Source: Phoronis australis (lineage: Eukaryota > Animalia > Phoronida). From it: a stretch of 64,000 nucleotides of DNA. The translations under genes were made by a program, and so were the position numbers. Where the stretch lies: assembly GCA_002633005.1 (NCBI GenBank), contig NMRA01000082.1, forward strand, positions 96,518 through 160,517, read 5' to 3'. The notes beneath the pieces are model-generated. The model saw nothing but the letters and a program-made list of their open reading frames with translations. It was not told where the DNA came from and did not search any database. Below, piece after piece: positions 1 to 14,072 of the stretch. How positions within the stretch are numbered: the stretch's first letter is position 1; each line of letters opens with the position of its first letter.

Positions 1-1162
1 GCAAATGGAACAATGCAGTTAAACATTGATTTGAGGTCAATTCGCCTGTCACTACAAAGAACTGAGGTTTTTTCCATCGCGCATGTCAAAATTATGAGGC
101 GCCAGCACGTGCCTTCCGACAACCTTACCCGCTATACTGTGTACAGCATACATACATGCAGACATGTAGAATTTGTAAAACAATAGTTCGGTATTGACTT
201 AAAGTCAATATCACCTGTGTGCATTCTTACCGCGACGCCCGTTTGTGTAAAACTACTCAACGTTTTGTCTTAATCATATAAGGGCGAACCCAGACCGTAA
301 AACGGGGGTATTAGCACCTATATCTGTTTCCTATCACGTTCCCCAAGTTGCTCTGGCGTGAAAATATCCTTGAACACAGACCAACAGAATTCTACCAAGA
401 CCACTGTTTGTTGGACACGAAACAATAAGATTTCCATGCAGTCAATAGGTTTAGAATGGCCATCGGGACCTGTTGAAATAGTTGATAACGCTTTAGGAAT
501 GTTTCCAGTCCCTGAATCTGTGCAGTTCGCACGGCGTATCCTGTTCAAGTGACATTAATTCGTTTTTCAGACCTGCATTTATCATTCAAGTCTGCAGGGA
601 GCTGTAGTAGATTCTCAGACAACAACTGTTCTCAAGTGCTCACAGATGCGTGCCGACTACTAGTTTTAAATCTACCACGTGGGTGGCATAAATTTATCCA
701 AAATACCACAGTATTAATAAGTTTTCAATCACAAGACGGCCAGTCCTGATGACGACCTTTGACCTTTTATAACACCGCGCTTGGTAGATCAAGCTTTTTC
801 GAGAAAAGAGAGATCATAGACGTGGCTGGAATTTGCTGTTTGGGGAAACCATGAAACAGATTTGACCAAATTTCGTCAACCTACGTCATAATACACCGAA
901 AACCCATTTCTTAAAACGTTGCACACAAGCGGACTTAACGACCAAAATATTGTAGAGGCCGCGCGAGCAATTTTCCTTTTAGAATAATGTTTAACCCTCC
1001 ATGCAAAATGTTAGGTCCGATAGTAGTTCCTTCAGGTTGACAAAACTCATCTTTTGAGCTTACTATTTGGACGAAGAATGGCAATGATTTAATCAAATGT
1101 CAACCTGCGTCAATTTTATTCTTACAAGATTTGCTTATAATTTGCAAAAATTATATATGAAT

Positions 1163-1384
1163 CATGGACCCGTTCTAAGAAACTGACTTCAGTTCATTTT
1201 TGGCTTAAGCCTAAGATTTGTCACAACTTTCAAAATTTCCACATCTTGTAAGTTTGTGGAACTAAAGACAAAACTTAAGTCAAAAACTCAAGTCAAAGTT
1301 AAGATCACTATCTTGGAACGGACTTAATTAACTAAAATTTAAGATTTGTCTTAGCTAAGTTAGTTTTCATGGAACGGAACCCTG
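1163..1384. mobile_element. MITE with cagggcccgtttcatgaa-type TIRs (PIF/Harbinger-like)
   Basis: catggacccgttctaagaaa ... ttttcatggaacggaaccctg, with internal acttaagtc repeats. Confidence 0.55.
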
Positions 1385-1686
1385 GTCTAAAACGGCCGTC
1401 CATTTTAGAGGACGTATAAGCATGTAAATAGGAAAGAGGTGAACCTTTTGATGTTTTGTGATGTGCGAGTTAAGTTCCAAATCTTTCTTCAAAATACATA
1501 TTGTTGTGCGAGAAATACGTGTAGTTCGGTGCTTCTAGAGGGCATGCGCACAAAATGGCCGGGCGCAGGCACTCAGCAATGGGGTACCCGCCAAAAACTC
1601 AGAATTTGTGCACGTTAAAGTGAATTACAGTGCAATAATGGAATACATGTTACTCATTCAGTTTTGGCATAATGCAAATCAAAAAT

Positions 1687-1821
1687 AAATCAATTTCTGG
1701 ATTTACTGTAAACTAATGATAACGTAGCGTTCCCACACTTCAGCTTCAGACGATCTGTAGAAGTCTCCGAGATGGGCACGCTACGTTGTCATTAGTTTAC
1801 AGTAAGTCTAGAAATTGATTT
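1687..1821. repeat. Inverted repeat with ~49 bp arms (palindromic mini-element)
   Basis: aaatcaatttctggatttactgtaaactaatgataacgtagcgttccca versus tgggcacgctacgttgtcattagtttacagtaagtctagaaattgattt. Confidence 0.85.
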
Positions 1822-3464
1822 GCATGAATTACACTGTGCATTCTGTGGGGCACCTATATTTTGAAAAAATGAAAGAAGTCCTCGTTTACGGCTGTCAGTA
1901 GTTTGAGCATGTCTTAAAAACTGTCAAAAATCACGTCTAACGGTCTAATCTACACAGCTGATGTCACACTCAGGTTTCATGAATAGTGATGTCCCAATAA
2001 TGATCTTCAAAAGAAATACCTTTTTCATTTTTCCCATTATCAGCATTGCTCGCTCGCAGGTGTCTTCAAGCTTTCTAATATTTCATTCTTCTGATCCTCT
2101 TAATCTTCTGATATGTTTTTTACACCCACCCGTACATTTAATCTTGGTTGTTGGGATCGATTGTCTTGATGCTAATACGGTCATTGAAAGTGCTGTGTGA
2201 TTTCACTGGGCATGTGGAAATTACATGTATATTTGCTCCCTGTGTGAATGGTTGACACACTGTTTTGCTTTGTTTAGCCTAATTTATCTCTCTTCTAAAC
2301 ATTGTCGCTACGCCATCTGCAGTGTTTTTCACGTGATTTCCTTTGGAAGCTGTGCTGCTAAACATTTCTTCTTCTTGGCTCGAGCTATTCATAATTTTGT
2401 CCTTTTACACACATGCACTTTTACGCGCGCACACCGAGTTAGTCCCATCGCTAAATAACTTCCCCAGGAAGATAATGGATTAAACTAACACTGGGCGAGG
2501 CAAAGGAAGTTCGAATTTCAAAAAATTTTACATTTTCGCTTCAAATTTTAAAATTAACTTTAACTGGATCGCCGAGTAGATACAACGGTGACGGGTGAGA
2601 ATTGACGCTTGTATTTATTCAACCAATTGCGTGTCATACGGCCAGCTCGCCGGCTGCATGCTGCTTGAATTTTCGGTTAATGTATAACAAGATATCGAAT
2701 CAAGTGGTAATGAAATAACGACGGGAAACATCCAAAGAATTGAGACGCTCTGTCCTGAATTATCAAGTCGTGAGCGAGGAGTTTACACCACGGATCCGAA
2801 GCGGGAATTGGAACGACACTCGCTTTTAATAGAAACTGGGTTAAGCGAAGACCGACGTCTGTGCACACAAACGTTGCCGAGTCGGAAATACCAAATTAGT
2901 CAGGTTTCTTTACAAGTTAAACGTGAAATTAAATTTGTTTGAGTTCGACCGCAAGAAAGATTATGCCTGCAAACGTCGTTTCAATCAAATATAATTCATA
3001 ATTGGATGAAGTGAATAATTTACAATAAGGCCTTATTTCGATGACCGCTGCATTAAGAAAACACCACAGTACGCTGTACGTGTACCAAGTCCCTATACTG
3101 TCAAGACAAAATTATTTCCTTTTTTCGATGAACTTCCCTTTCCTCAGATTCAAGGAGTCCCATTAGTTTCAGTACGCTCGCCAATTAGATAATTGCTAGA
3201 ATGTTATCGATAATCTAATATGAGAGGAATGCTATATTTAATATCATATTTTTACCGTTGATAATAATACCACAGTCACGACTATCCATGAACACTAATG
3301 ATAATTAATTACGCATCAGGTTGTAGTTGAACGTTGTCCATTGCCATGCTTTTGTAAATTGGAAACATTCACTATAGGATTATCAAATTTTCTAGGTTAT
3401 GGCTGATTTGAAGTGGTGACGAATTAATGTGGACGCGTCCCGAAAGGCAAATAGTGTTATGATA

Positions 3465-3531
3465 TGGAAATGGAGTACCAAGAAACGTCAGTGACTGGAA
3501 TTGGAGTACCAAGAAATGGCAGTGACTGAAA
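3465..3531. repeat. 31 bp tandem duplication
   Basis: tggaaatggagtaccaagaaacgtcagtgac followed by tggaattggagtaccaagaaatggcagtgac. Confidence 0.75.
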
Positions 3532-5852
3532 TCGTGCATTCGAAAGTGCAAGGTCTCCATGAAGGCGCCGGCTGTAACATATTGGCTTCAACAGTACATA
3601 CGGGTACTTTGATAGGCGTGAGTAGGAAAACATCGCCTGGAGTCAACCGAATTTTTCAATGACGGAAATTGAGAACAAATTTTGCTAATACAGGACAATC
3701 TCCGACATAGAGTGAAATAGGGAAACGATTACAATTCTAGTAAATTTGGGTAATTCCGTGTTCCTTTAACAACTAGGTTGGCCTTTTCCCCTCCGGGATG
3801 CGCCTTTCTCAAATTTTGAAAGGGCGGCGACATGTCGAAGGTATGCTTTGAGGTATTCTAATGACTCCCAGTCTCAACCGTTTCTCGGTGTTCATTCAGG
3901 TTTTTAACGCGAGTACGAGGTTTGACTTTGATCGTCTCAAGAATTTTGACCCTGAGATCACTTGCTATCGGTAACAATCGACAAGTTGTGATCGTTACGG
4001 GCTATTGAGGCAAGTTCGGTGGCATCTGCTCAAACTATTTATCAACGTAAATGGGCGCAAAAAAGCACAGATCAGCATTACGACTCCGAAATGAGACCAT
4101 TACCAGGTTAAACCTTTGGTCTTGTACTGTTGCTTAGTGAGAACAATTTGTCCAAACCTAGTTGGCGAGTCGCATTTCCAATATCTAGTTTCAGGCTTGA
4201 GTTACAAATCAGCCTTGGTAACCGTTGCCCAATATTGGCTAAGCAAGACTAATATTTGCCAGTATTAAATTATTATTTACTCGTGTGTTTTTCGGAATAA
4301 TGGTTCTTAGAAGCAGTCATTCAAGCTTGGTCTTTTTACGATGTATACAAATAACATGAAGGAGCTTTATCGTGATGATAGTTTTCAGCCTGAGAATTAA
4401 AGCTGTCGTGTACTGAATTATGCGGCGGCCGCCAGGGAATAAAATATTTTTCTTCACTTCAACGTGGCATTATTGGGCTTCCGTAGCCATGAATCTGGCT
4501 TCTGACAGATGAGCAAACTACGAGCGAAGCACGTGCTCACAGTACTGAGCTTCCGCGAGATTATCGCCTCCAAGGAACGCACGCCTGGTTTCAGATATAA
4601 TGTAAATTCTGGGACTTTGACTAACTGGCAAAGTAGTTCGGTACGATTGTTGTAATCGGACACGAACTCTTAATTTTGACATTTTTAAATTAGTTCTAGT
4701 GTAATACGAAATCAAGATAATTGTCTATTTTTCTGAGGTAGTTTATTTTATTTTACGCTTAATCCAAAAGTTTCGCTTTCGGCAACTTGTGTAAAAGTTC
4801 GATATTTCGAATAACAAGATCGAAATTTGGAGCTCAGACTTGAACTTATAGCTCTGAACTAAAGTATGCTTGAGTAGAGAATTATAGACACTTATCTTGA
4901 GTTCGCGCAAAAGTAGAACGGAAATGTCAAAAATCACTTTGTTTCCAATTACAAACAAGACAAATGATCAAAATCGGCAACGAAACCTGTTTTCACGCTA
5001 AGCCACACAGGGTGTCAAATCTCCAAATATTATACAGTACTCTAAAACAATTTTCTACAACGTTTCTCGTGTTCCTATCAACTAAAAGGATTATGTTAAG
5101 CTTTCAGTTTCACACAAAATTGGAAATAATCGAGAGGGAATTCTGTTTATGCCTTGTAATAGTGATGAAATTATCATTAGGTAAAATTCACAAACTGAAC
5201 AATCGACATTTGCCGCTACGCGGAGTGATTGTCTTATTCAACAAGTAGTTCGCTAATTGCACACTAAGAATCAACTTCCGCCTTACCTTTGCGGCAAGCC
5301 GAGGCCTCCCCGCGGTCAAATAGAAACTTAATGCGCATAGGTTAAATAGTTTTGGTTTGCGGTGTAGATTCCAGTAGCTCTAATTATCCGTTTGATTGAC
5401 TGTATGAATAGCCGTATTGCCTTGCATAGCAACCCGTGAATCACATGAGGTTAAAGTATTTGAATATTTTAATTAAAAATATATTCAAGTTAGTCTAGCA
5501 AGTCATGCTGTTCACTTGTGTACGTACACATGTACACTGTATACGGTAGTGGAAGGTCTAACTTTGAACGTGTGTTTAGAAGTTGCTTCCTGCCACACGA
5601 AATTGAAATGTCTAACTTCCAAACATCTTTTGTTTGACGACAGTGTATCGGTAGGAAAAAAAGATGAACTGGAAAAAAATTACGTAAAGCTCTGAGGTCG
5701 GAAAAATGACGTGTAGATACAAGAAAATTATTAAATTACCTTTGTCGCCTGTGAACTTTATTGAATCTACCATCACCTCCATAGTGATTAAAACAGTGAT
5801 TCGTTGTTTCTCGCATCGTGACACCTTCCTGAGGAGTAGAAGTCTGTCAATA

Positions 5853-6114
5853 CATGCGCGCACCCAGCCTAAAAATGGGGGGCTCGAATTTTTGAAAATG
5901 TGGATATTTTACCAAGATTCATTGGGAACTTTCAGATCTATGGATTGCGCATGCGCCGAATTTTGGTACTTCCTGCCTTTGTAGTGAACTTTCGTCTCGT
6001 TTTCTACTTTTTTCAGAGTTTTTGTTTCTCTGAGACGGACCTTTTTGTCCACTTCGCCAAATTGGAGGGGTCGTTTGACTGAGACCCCCGAAGCTCCCCC
6101 CGGGTGCGCGCATG
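5853..6114 (+). mobile_element. MITE with CATGCGCGCACCC TIRs (hAT-like)
   Basis: Perfect 13 bp TIR; flanks tgtcaata / ggtcaatc (6 of 8 match, possibly a decayed 8 bp TSD). Confidence 0.8.
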
Positions 6115-7122
6115 GGTCAATCAAACCAGAGTCGACCGTGGTTTGACTTAAAAACTATTCATTGTCAAATAGCAAAGAACAATGCTAATGTTCGTAACAT
6201 TATTCATACGTGAGTGCGTTGTGATATCTGCTTGATCACCCTAAGAAAAAATGTAAGCTAGTACCATTCATTCTACGTGAATTCGCCTGCCTTGCCATTG
6301 CCAACGCAGAGTGGAAAAAAAGACAGTATATAACTACTTGCAATATACCACCGTGATGCATGAATAATTGTTGCGTGGATACTTTTTCCAAACATGTGGC
6401 CCCTTAGGCGCGGATCCAGAAGAGAGTCTAGGGGATCACTTCTGTACTACTGAAATCGAGGAATATGATCTTCGATCCGCGTCTTGGTGTGCTATAATGG
6501 CACGCGCTTTCTCATGATGGAAATGGTGTCAACAAAAACGTCTACGCGCAGAGTAAACATATCGACAAAAATGTCATTGTTTTGTGTGTTTTGTTGTGCA
6601 TTTCTCATACTACACATAGCGAGACGACGTTGGTTTACTTTACTACGTTTCCCCAGCGTGTAACGAGCAAATATATCAAAGGTATTTTACATTCTTGATG
6701 TTTGTCCACGATCTCGCGTTTGATCGCAGAAATTAGTTCGATCATTTGTCAAACTGTTCGTTGATATTAAGAGCATTCGTGTTGATTGAGCGTTAAGAAG
6801 AGACTGACTGTGTAATCTGTCACGCGTTATGCAGCACGAGAGTGTGCAGTCCATACCCGTGCAAATGTACATGCACGGCTGAATGTATATGTACTCGGAA
6901 GATGGGGTGATGATTTTGCGGCTACAAAACATCAACTTGTTTTTTCACTTACTTGCACAATTATTTTTGTGATTTAAATGAAACTTCTGCCTTCACATCC
7001 TGTATTTTGGGGCTTACATCAAATTGCCACAGACAAGTAGCGTAAAGCGACAAATAACATAATTCGGCATCTACTGTTTCAAATGTAAAAGGGTGTAACA
7101 TGTTTTAGGGGTCAAAATGAAG

Positions 7123-7939
7123 GTCAGGTCATATTTTGCTTCTATTGCAAAAGTGTATCTTATTCATAGTGAAAGATTTGAAATTTTTAAACCAACTGGT
7201 CAAAAACTATAGTTATAGGAGATTGACAAGTATTGCGCTGACGTTGGGTCGAAGTGAAGTCTTCGAGCAAGAATACATGTTGTAGTCGACAGGTTAAATT
7301 CATTTTTGCAAATTTCACTGACGATTTCCAGTCGTCAATGAAAATCAAAATGTCCGTCGGTTACCAAGCACGCGAACTGGACGAATTTACGTATTATTTC
7401 TGCCCCAAGTTGTTCTAGCATCTTCGGTTTAATGACCCACTTGGTACTCACAATTTGCGCTGAATACCCTCGGAAACGGATGAGTTGGCGGTCATTCAAC
7501 GAATGGCAAAATAAAAACAAAAACAAAACANGTCAGGTCATATTTTGCTTCTATTGCAAAAGTGTATCTTATTCATAGTGAAAGATTTGAAATTTTTAAA
7601 CCAACTGGTCAAAAACTATAGTTATAGGAGATTGACAAGTATTGCGCTGACGTTGGGTCGAAGTGAAGTCTTCGAGCAAGAATACATGTTGTAGTCGACA
7701 GGTTAAATTCATTTTTGCAAATTTCACTGACGATTTCCAGTCGTCAATGAAAATCAAAATGTCCGTCGGTTACCAAGCACGCGAACTGGACGAATTTACG
7801 TATTATTTCTGCCCCAAGTCGTTCTAGCATCTTCGGTTTAATGACCCACTTGGTACTCACAATTTGCGCTGAATACCCTTGGAAACGGATGAGTTGGCGG
7901 TCATTCAACAAATGGCACAATAAAAACAAAAACAAAACA
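7123..7939. repeat. Apparent 408 bp tandem duplication around n7531 (likely assembly overlap)
   Basis: 7123-7530 is repeated from 7532 with a few SNPs; the junction is a single n. Confidence 0.9.
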
Positions 7940-8338
7940 AAAACAAAACAAAAATCCAAGCCATTTAAAAAAGAGCCCTCCGTGAACTAAGAATTGGACT
8001 CGTGTTTGAGTACATTTATTATGGCGTAAACATTCTTTCTCTCCAATGTAAGTTATAATCAAAATAAACAGCTAATTACAAACATTTTTGTAAACGTACG
8101 TGACGTCATAATCTACTGGAATTAATTGCACATTAATTTGTGCGCACTCGGGCAAACCCTATGACAACCAACAACATATTATTTTGACTCAAAGTCCCGG
8201 CTTTACTTATTGCCTGAACGGCGATAACACTCTAATGCCAAAAATTGTTGAAGTTTCGAAACTGGTTGAATAGTAATTATCCAATGTCCAGGAACGCTCG
8301 TCACGTTTGTCCGCAATTACCGTTACCTGACTGAAAGA

Positions 8339-8584
8339 CATGCGCGCACCCAGGGGGTGCTCCGAGCCCCCCCCCCCTCCCCATGTGGCGAAGTGGACAA
8401 AAGGTCCGCGTCTAAGAAACAAAAAGCCCCAGAAAATGAGACAAGTCCACTAAACAAGCACAAACTCGCAATTCACAGCGGTGCCCCGTTGTTTTTAGTC
8501 CGCCCGCTTTTTTGTTACCAAAAGGTCCACAACGTCAGGAATTCGAGCCCCCCCCCCCCATATTGAAGGCTGGGTGCGCGCATG
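8339..8584 (-). mobile_element. Second copy of the CATGCGCGCACCC MITE, inverted
   Basis: TIR catgcgcgcacccag / ctgggtgcgcgcatg; interior is the reverse complement of 5853-6114 (ggcgaagtggacaaaaggtccg). Confidence 0.8.
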
Positions 8585-11073
8585 CTACATCGAATTCTTC
8601 GATAGCGTATCAGTGGAAATAAATCTACATTATTCTGCCTGTGTTCTTCATTTTTACCCTTGCTGTGGAATTCTTCCACTAAAGAAGTTGGTTCGTCCAC
8701 ATACCGCGATATCCGAAACACCTCAGGTATTTTCCTACCCTCAGTTTAGCTAGGACATGTTTCCAGTCTACGCATGTGCGAACTACAGGAAGTCATGTGG
8801 CTCTCAAAACGTAGAATGTACATGTATGTACTATCAGCAGGAGTAAACGTCTCACGCAACACCCATTCTCATTTCTAAGTCTGCCTCGTGACTTACGGTT
8901 CACTCCTGTTTAAACTTGTTTTGAATCTTGACCAATTTCATTTGCAGTAATGGGGGAATTCTGCCCATACGCAGACATGAAACAATGCCGAGGAATAATT
9001 TGAGGCTACGAAACCCCCCACCCCCTCCCCCATCACCGAAGTGTTCCGGATGCTGTCGCGCATCTTGATCCAAAATTGATCACCAAATTGTCCAATTGTC
9101 ATGTCGGCTTGTGCTGAGGGCGAACAGGTGTGATTTTGCGGTATTGCAACACTGCGTAAGTAAATTAATTTTGAAAAATTAGAAAACTCATTTACGGGAT
9201 ATTCAAGACGTAGTCTCGCTCACCCATGTCATATTTACTCTTAATATTCACTAAACTCGCAAACGTTGAATAATTTTCAAGTAATGCTTTAAGAGACATA
9301 CGGTGTTCGCTCCTTGAAACCAAATTTCCGCTGGCCCAACTTAATTAGCATTGGTCATCATAGGTCACAGCGGCATCAATTAAGTGCTTGCTGGACGTTT
9401 CGGAAGATTTAAGTTTCAGAACAGGACAGGAGATTAAAATAGTCAGTCTGAAAAAAGACATCTCGGACACGTGGCCGCTTGGAGCGTTGATTAAATACAC
9501 GCCAGAATATCTCAATTAGCAATTCGAACCATACGATAGCGGCGTTCGTATGATAATAATTTCGGGTTCGAAATACCCAGCAGGAGGGAATTCCGGCAAA
9601 TTTGTTTGTAATGGATCATTTCCGTGTTACAAAAAGCGCAGCTGTCTGGATAATTCAAGACAAGGATTCTCTCGAGAAATACCTGGCTGAAATTTTGAAT
9701 TTTTTGCTTCCACCCAAAAGATGAAAGCTGGATTATTAAGAATGGCGTGAAGACCTAATTATGATATCCGAAGGAGGCATCTACTCGCGAAGAAACCTAT
9801 TAGTCGCTTTCATAGTATGGCTTGTATTTAATTGTACTATTTTTCAAAACTCGTGTGCCTAACAAAATTCGCCTTCTTCGCCAGCAAATGCGTTCACCAG
9901 TTCTCGAAGTTGCGAGCAAAATTCGAAACACTGTGCTATTTAATTACACAAAAGTGTCCAAACTAACTTCGCAGCAAAATGCTTTTCAGATTTTTTTCTT
10001 GAGCTCTCGAGTTTTATTTTGGCTAAAGGTTAATTAGACTGGACTATCCAAACCCTGGGTTGCCATTTCGCGCAGTTGCTAAGTATGTACAGAACGCGCA
10101 CAGTTGTCGCTATGGTAACGAATTCATGGCATAAGTTTCACGAACAACATATGCGGCACCAAGGAGATTCAAACTCGCCCCGAAGCGCTAAATTTCAGAA
10201 CATGGCGACGTGAAGTGCCGGAGAGTCTAGATTATTTTGAAGAAATGTACCGCATTATTTTGTCAAGATATCAACGAGCAAACCAAAAAATGCCTAAAAA
10301 GTGTTTCAGTATTTTCCCAAGAAACTTAATCGCTGAGTATTCCGAGAATAAAAGCGTTACAAAAGTGTTTTTGAGGTTGAAAAGTTACTTATGTATACTG
10401 TGTTTGCAATGTAACAACGTCTTTTCCGAACCCTCGCGGCACACCTAAATCACTATACCAAACTAGTGGGGTCTTTTTCTTGCGCTGTTATGTTTAGCCG
10501 GAGGGGGTGGTAAGGACTAAATGCGTATGTATTACTTCAGGTGCACGACTAAAATAGACATCAAGCTGGATTTGAAATTTCGACGCCACGACCTGACATT
10601 CTGTGATCGACACAGTCCCCTCAGGACGTATTGCGGTTTCCCAACTTTGGCATGTTTATCGAAGAACTAAAGAAACTGAATAGTTGAATGCCTCGTTATT
10701 TGCCAATCTGCCCAAAAACAATGCCCAAATTATACGTGTTGTACTCGCCTTTTCCGTGCACTAGAATAGTTTGTATAGTTTTATGATCATCGTTAAAATA
10801 GGACGTACGAGAATATGTCAGAGGGTTTTGTTTTGTTTTAAAACGGGATAACTTAAAAAGTGGAAACGGTGTGGGTTCGCATTTTTAAAATTCAGGCGAG
10901 TCTGTTACTTAAGTATAACTGTCACAATGTTTGAAAATTTAAGTGGCAAACGGGTAAACCAGAAACATTGTTTTATTGTACGGTGGAAACGCATTAGTAA
11001 GTGTTTAATTTATAAGTGTAGGACGAACGTGTCAAAACGGTTTTTCCAGATTCTGCTATGTCCGAAAAAATGA

Positions 11074-11316
11074 CCAATGGGACGCCGATTCCTGACGCCC
11101 GTGCCAGAGGAGGGAATTTTCGACCAATCAAACGTCGTCTTTCTGGCACCCTGCGCGAAAACAAGACCATACATTCAAGCCGCCGGTATGTATATGTCAG
11201 CGAAACTATTCCAAACTCGCCCCCGTTTCTATCGTTTTTACGAGTCGATGTTTGTTTCCGCCAGGGCTGTCACGGCTGGCTATTTAAACACTCGGATGGG
11301 CTAGGCGGCTCATTGA
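11074..11316 (+). promoter_or_regulatory. Candidate core promoter of the VWA gene (CCAAT x2, TATA, Inr)
   Basis: CCAAT at 11074 and 11124, TATTTAAA at 11281-11288, and Inr-like TCATTG with A at 11312 (31 nt after the TATA start). The signal-peptide ATG follows at 11432. Confidence 0.6.
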
Positions 11317-11431
11317 TTCGTAAGGACAGATCGAGTTCAGTCAGCGAGGCAAAGACGCGTGCGCATAGTTTGTTAGAGCCGATAGGATATACACAGAATT
11401 CAACGGAGAGAATCCACATAAAAGACTGAAG

Positions 11432-11482
11432 ATGAGGATTTTATCGTTTTACTTAAACGTTTTCGCCGTTTTCATAGTAACG
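11432..11482 (+). CDS. Three-VWA protein coding exon 1 (signal peptide MRILSFYLNVFAVFIVT)
   Basis: Hydrophobic 17-codon start ending at a strong donor ACG|gtaagt (phase 0); phase matches the exon at 24465. Confidence 0.7.
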
Positions 11483-14072
11483 GTAAGTTTTTATTCTTCT
11501 GTTCGGTTAGTGTGAAATGATGCACACCTGTTATCGCGTTAAATATTTAAGGTGACTCGAGGGTAAAAAAGGCTTGAATGCACAGGTGTCTGTGACCAGA
11601 ACAAGGAAATATAAACACAGCCGCATTGGCAGGTTGAAGGAGGAATTGTTGATAAAGCACTAGAGGTGGGTAATATTCGCTCGTTTTAGGTCGTAAAACT
11701 TGAGAATCATTACCACGCTTTACGGAAAAGAAATATGATCGAATAGGGGTTGTCCTTGAAAGATGGCAAAAAACAAACGGATTCTATTTTCAACTACTGG
11801 CACGTTCTGGTGTATGATTGATGAGGTCGAAGTAAATATTTAACTTAATTTTGGTATCACGCACATACCTGTTATACATGTATTTTGTCTTTAATGGGAC
11901 AACAACAGTTAAACCTTGGACCCTTCTCTATCTATGTACCTTCAATAGCTGGCTTTTTTCCAAAGGCTTGACTGAAATTAGTAAGTTTATAAAATCCGAG
12001 AAAAAGCTTAAGATAAGCAAGAGTTTTGTTCATGATAAAGGTATGTCTAAACATATAGATCAATATTAAATGAGAAGCGACCTTTTGTTTTGGATTTCCC
12101 GTAAGCTGCGACCGCAAAACTGCCAGGGCATATGGTTTGGACTGGTAATTGTTATTTTTGTGGATTTAAGAAAACTGAATTTAAATCAGATTTCATTTGG
12201 TGAATTATTCAAGCTCACATCACGTGTCTAGACATTTCGGCGTGTTTTATCGGGAATAAATGGAAGATATGGTCATAACTTCACTTCCGTAGTAAACTTT
12301 CAACGATAAGGTGCTTGTGTGTACTCCTATAAATTAAATGGCGTGAAATCGACCAAGCGTACATGTACTTCTCCTGGCTCGGAATGTGGGTGTAATTTTT
12401 CCTAAATATTTTACTCGTGACAACGAATCGATCCCCTTCAACCTGTTATTCGTGCACTTGAATGTATTTCCAGAACGGACCGGCTTTTATTTTAAAAAAA
12501 CTTAAGCGTATTTACACTGGTCTCCTATCTATGCGTTAAACAAACTAATTGCTTATGTTAACGTCTGCGAGCAATAAAGCAGGCGCATTTGTTATGACCG
12601 GGTGATTTGAGGTGAGACCTACATGTAGACGAGAGCAAACCCGACAGTTATATAACGGCATTAGGCTCACCCATCGATCATTGTCGGCCTGAACCGCGTT
12701 TGCTAGGCTATTAGGTGACTGCCCGATTCCCAACTCATTGGAAGTAGAAAAAAATTTCCTGAGCAAAAGTGGTCGTCATTTTGTGGTTTAGATTTCCAGA
12801 CATATTCCAATTATCTTGTCGGAATTTTCTTCCCTTCGTGATAGATGCAGATCCTATTGGGCTATATGTTTGATAATTTGTTGATGTAAAAAAGTTTTCA
12901 TATCAGCATGATTCACCGAGGTTCCACAAAACTCCCTGCGTTTTTAATTTTAGTGGGTGAGAGTCCACTGTCGTGTCGTTTACATATGCGTGTATGTGTG
13001 TACATATATACATAATGTAATATGTATGATGTGACTGACTGAAAACTATTCGGCGCGGAAGTTTTAAGACTGAGTGTGAATAACAAGGTTTCAGAGAAGC
13101 AGTTTTTACTTTTCTGTTTTTACGACAAAAGGGTTATGTTTTTTATTTGGCTTTATCTAAATTTTATGGATCATTAGCTGCTAAATAAGTCCTTGGAAAA
13201 ACAGTATAAGGATTCGTGTTATCTGTAGTTCTTTGTGACGTCACAATAGAAACCAGACTGGCAGCTTGCATTTTCAATTCACAGGTAAAGGTTTTGGTCA
13301 TTCAATAAAATAAGGAGTGTCCAATTTTAATGGGTAGTTAAAAAACACAATGTAACCAGCTACTGGTATATTTGGCAATTCAAATTCCTTTCTCGTTACT
13401 AATTTACATTTAAAAGGCATCCTCTCACGCCTAGATTTGGGCGCGCGTTAACTAACCGGATGAATATCGTGGTGAACTGGTGAAACATTGCGTAACGGTA
13501 TGTCGGCCACGTGCTTGTTGCGCGTGTGTAACAATGCGAATGTTTACTAACTGATAACGTGTTATTGCCCTCGTGGTGGCTCGCCATGTCATTAATGAAA
13601 TACTACACTGTGGAGAGATTAAACATTTCTAACCACGGCTAGAGGATTAGGAACGGAGATCGTAAACCAATAGACATTTTAAGCAGAGCTTTACGGTCAA
13701 AAGAAGGACAAAAAATAGACGAGGATGAGCGACATCGCAAACAAATCAGGCATTTCCTAAAATGCCAAGTCAATGGGTTTGATGAAATATTTTTCTTCTC
13801 TCCGGTGCCCGACCTAACACCGCACAAAAGGCTGACGAGTCAGGAGACAAACAATAGATGTCAATAAACCATTAAAACGGGATGCTTGAAATAGTTCAGG
13901 TATGTCACGTGGTCTTTTAAAACACCTGAATGTCACAAAGTGACACGACAGCGGATTATTAATATCCGCTGTCTCCGTAGGTGTATAAAAATTCTCGGCA
14001 ATCCCATATGGCAGAGCGGACCCTCTTTGTTAATCTGCTGGGTTTTTGACGGCCTTATCAGGCTACGATAAG

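Noticed and set aside
318-749. Coding-looking stretch, possibly an exon or a DDE transposase C-terminal remnant on the - strand
   Set aside because: Only a vague resemblance, with in-frame stops and no diagnostic motif; it would need a translated search.
9290-10600. Possible non-autonomous DNA transposons at ~3.7-5.3, 9.3-10.6 and 19.9-21 kb
   Set aside because: The composition looks repeat-like, but I could not identify matching TIRs or TSDs by eye.
11058-11429. 123 aa ORF upstream of the VWA signal exon
   Set aside because: It has no domain features and overlaps the candidate promoter and 5' UTR.
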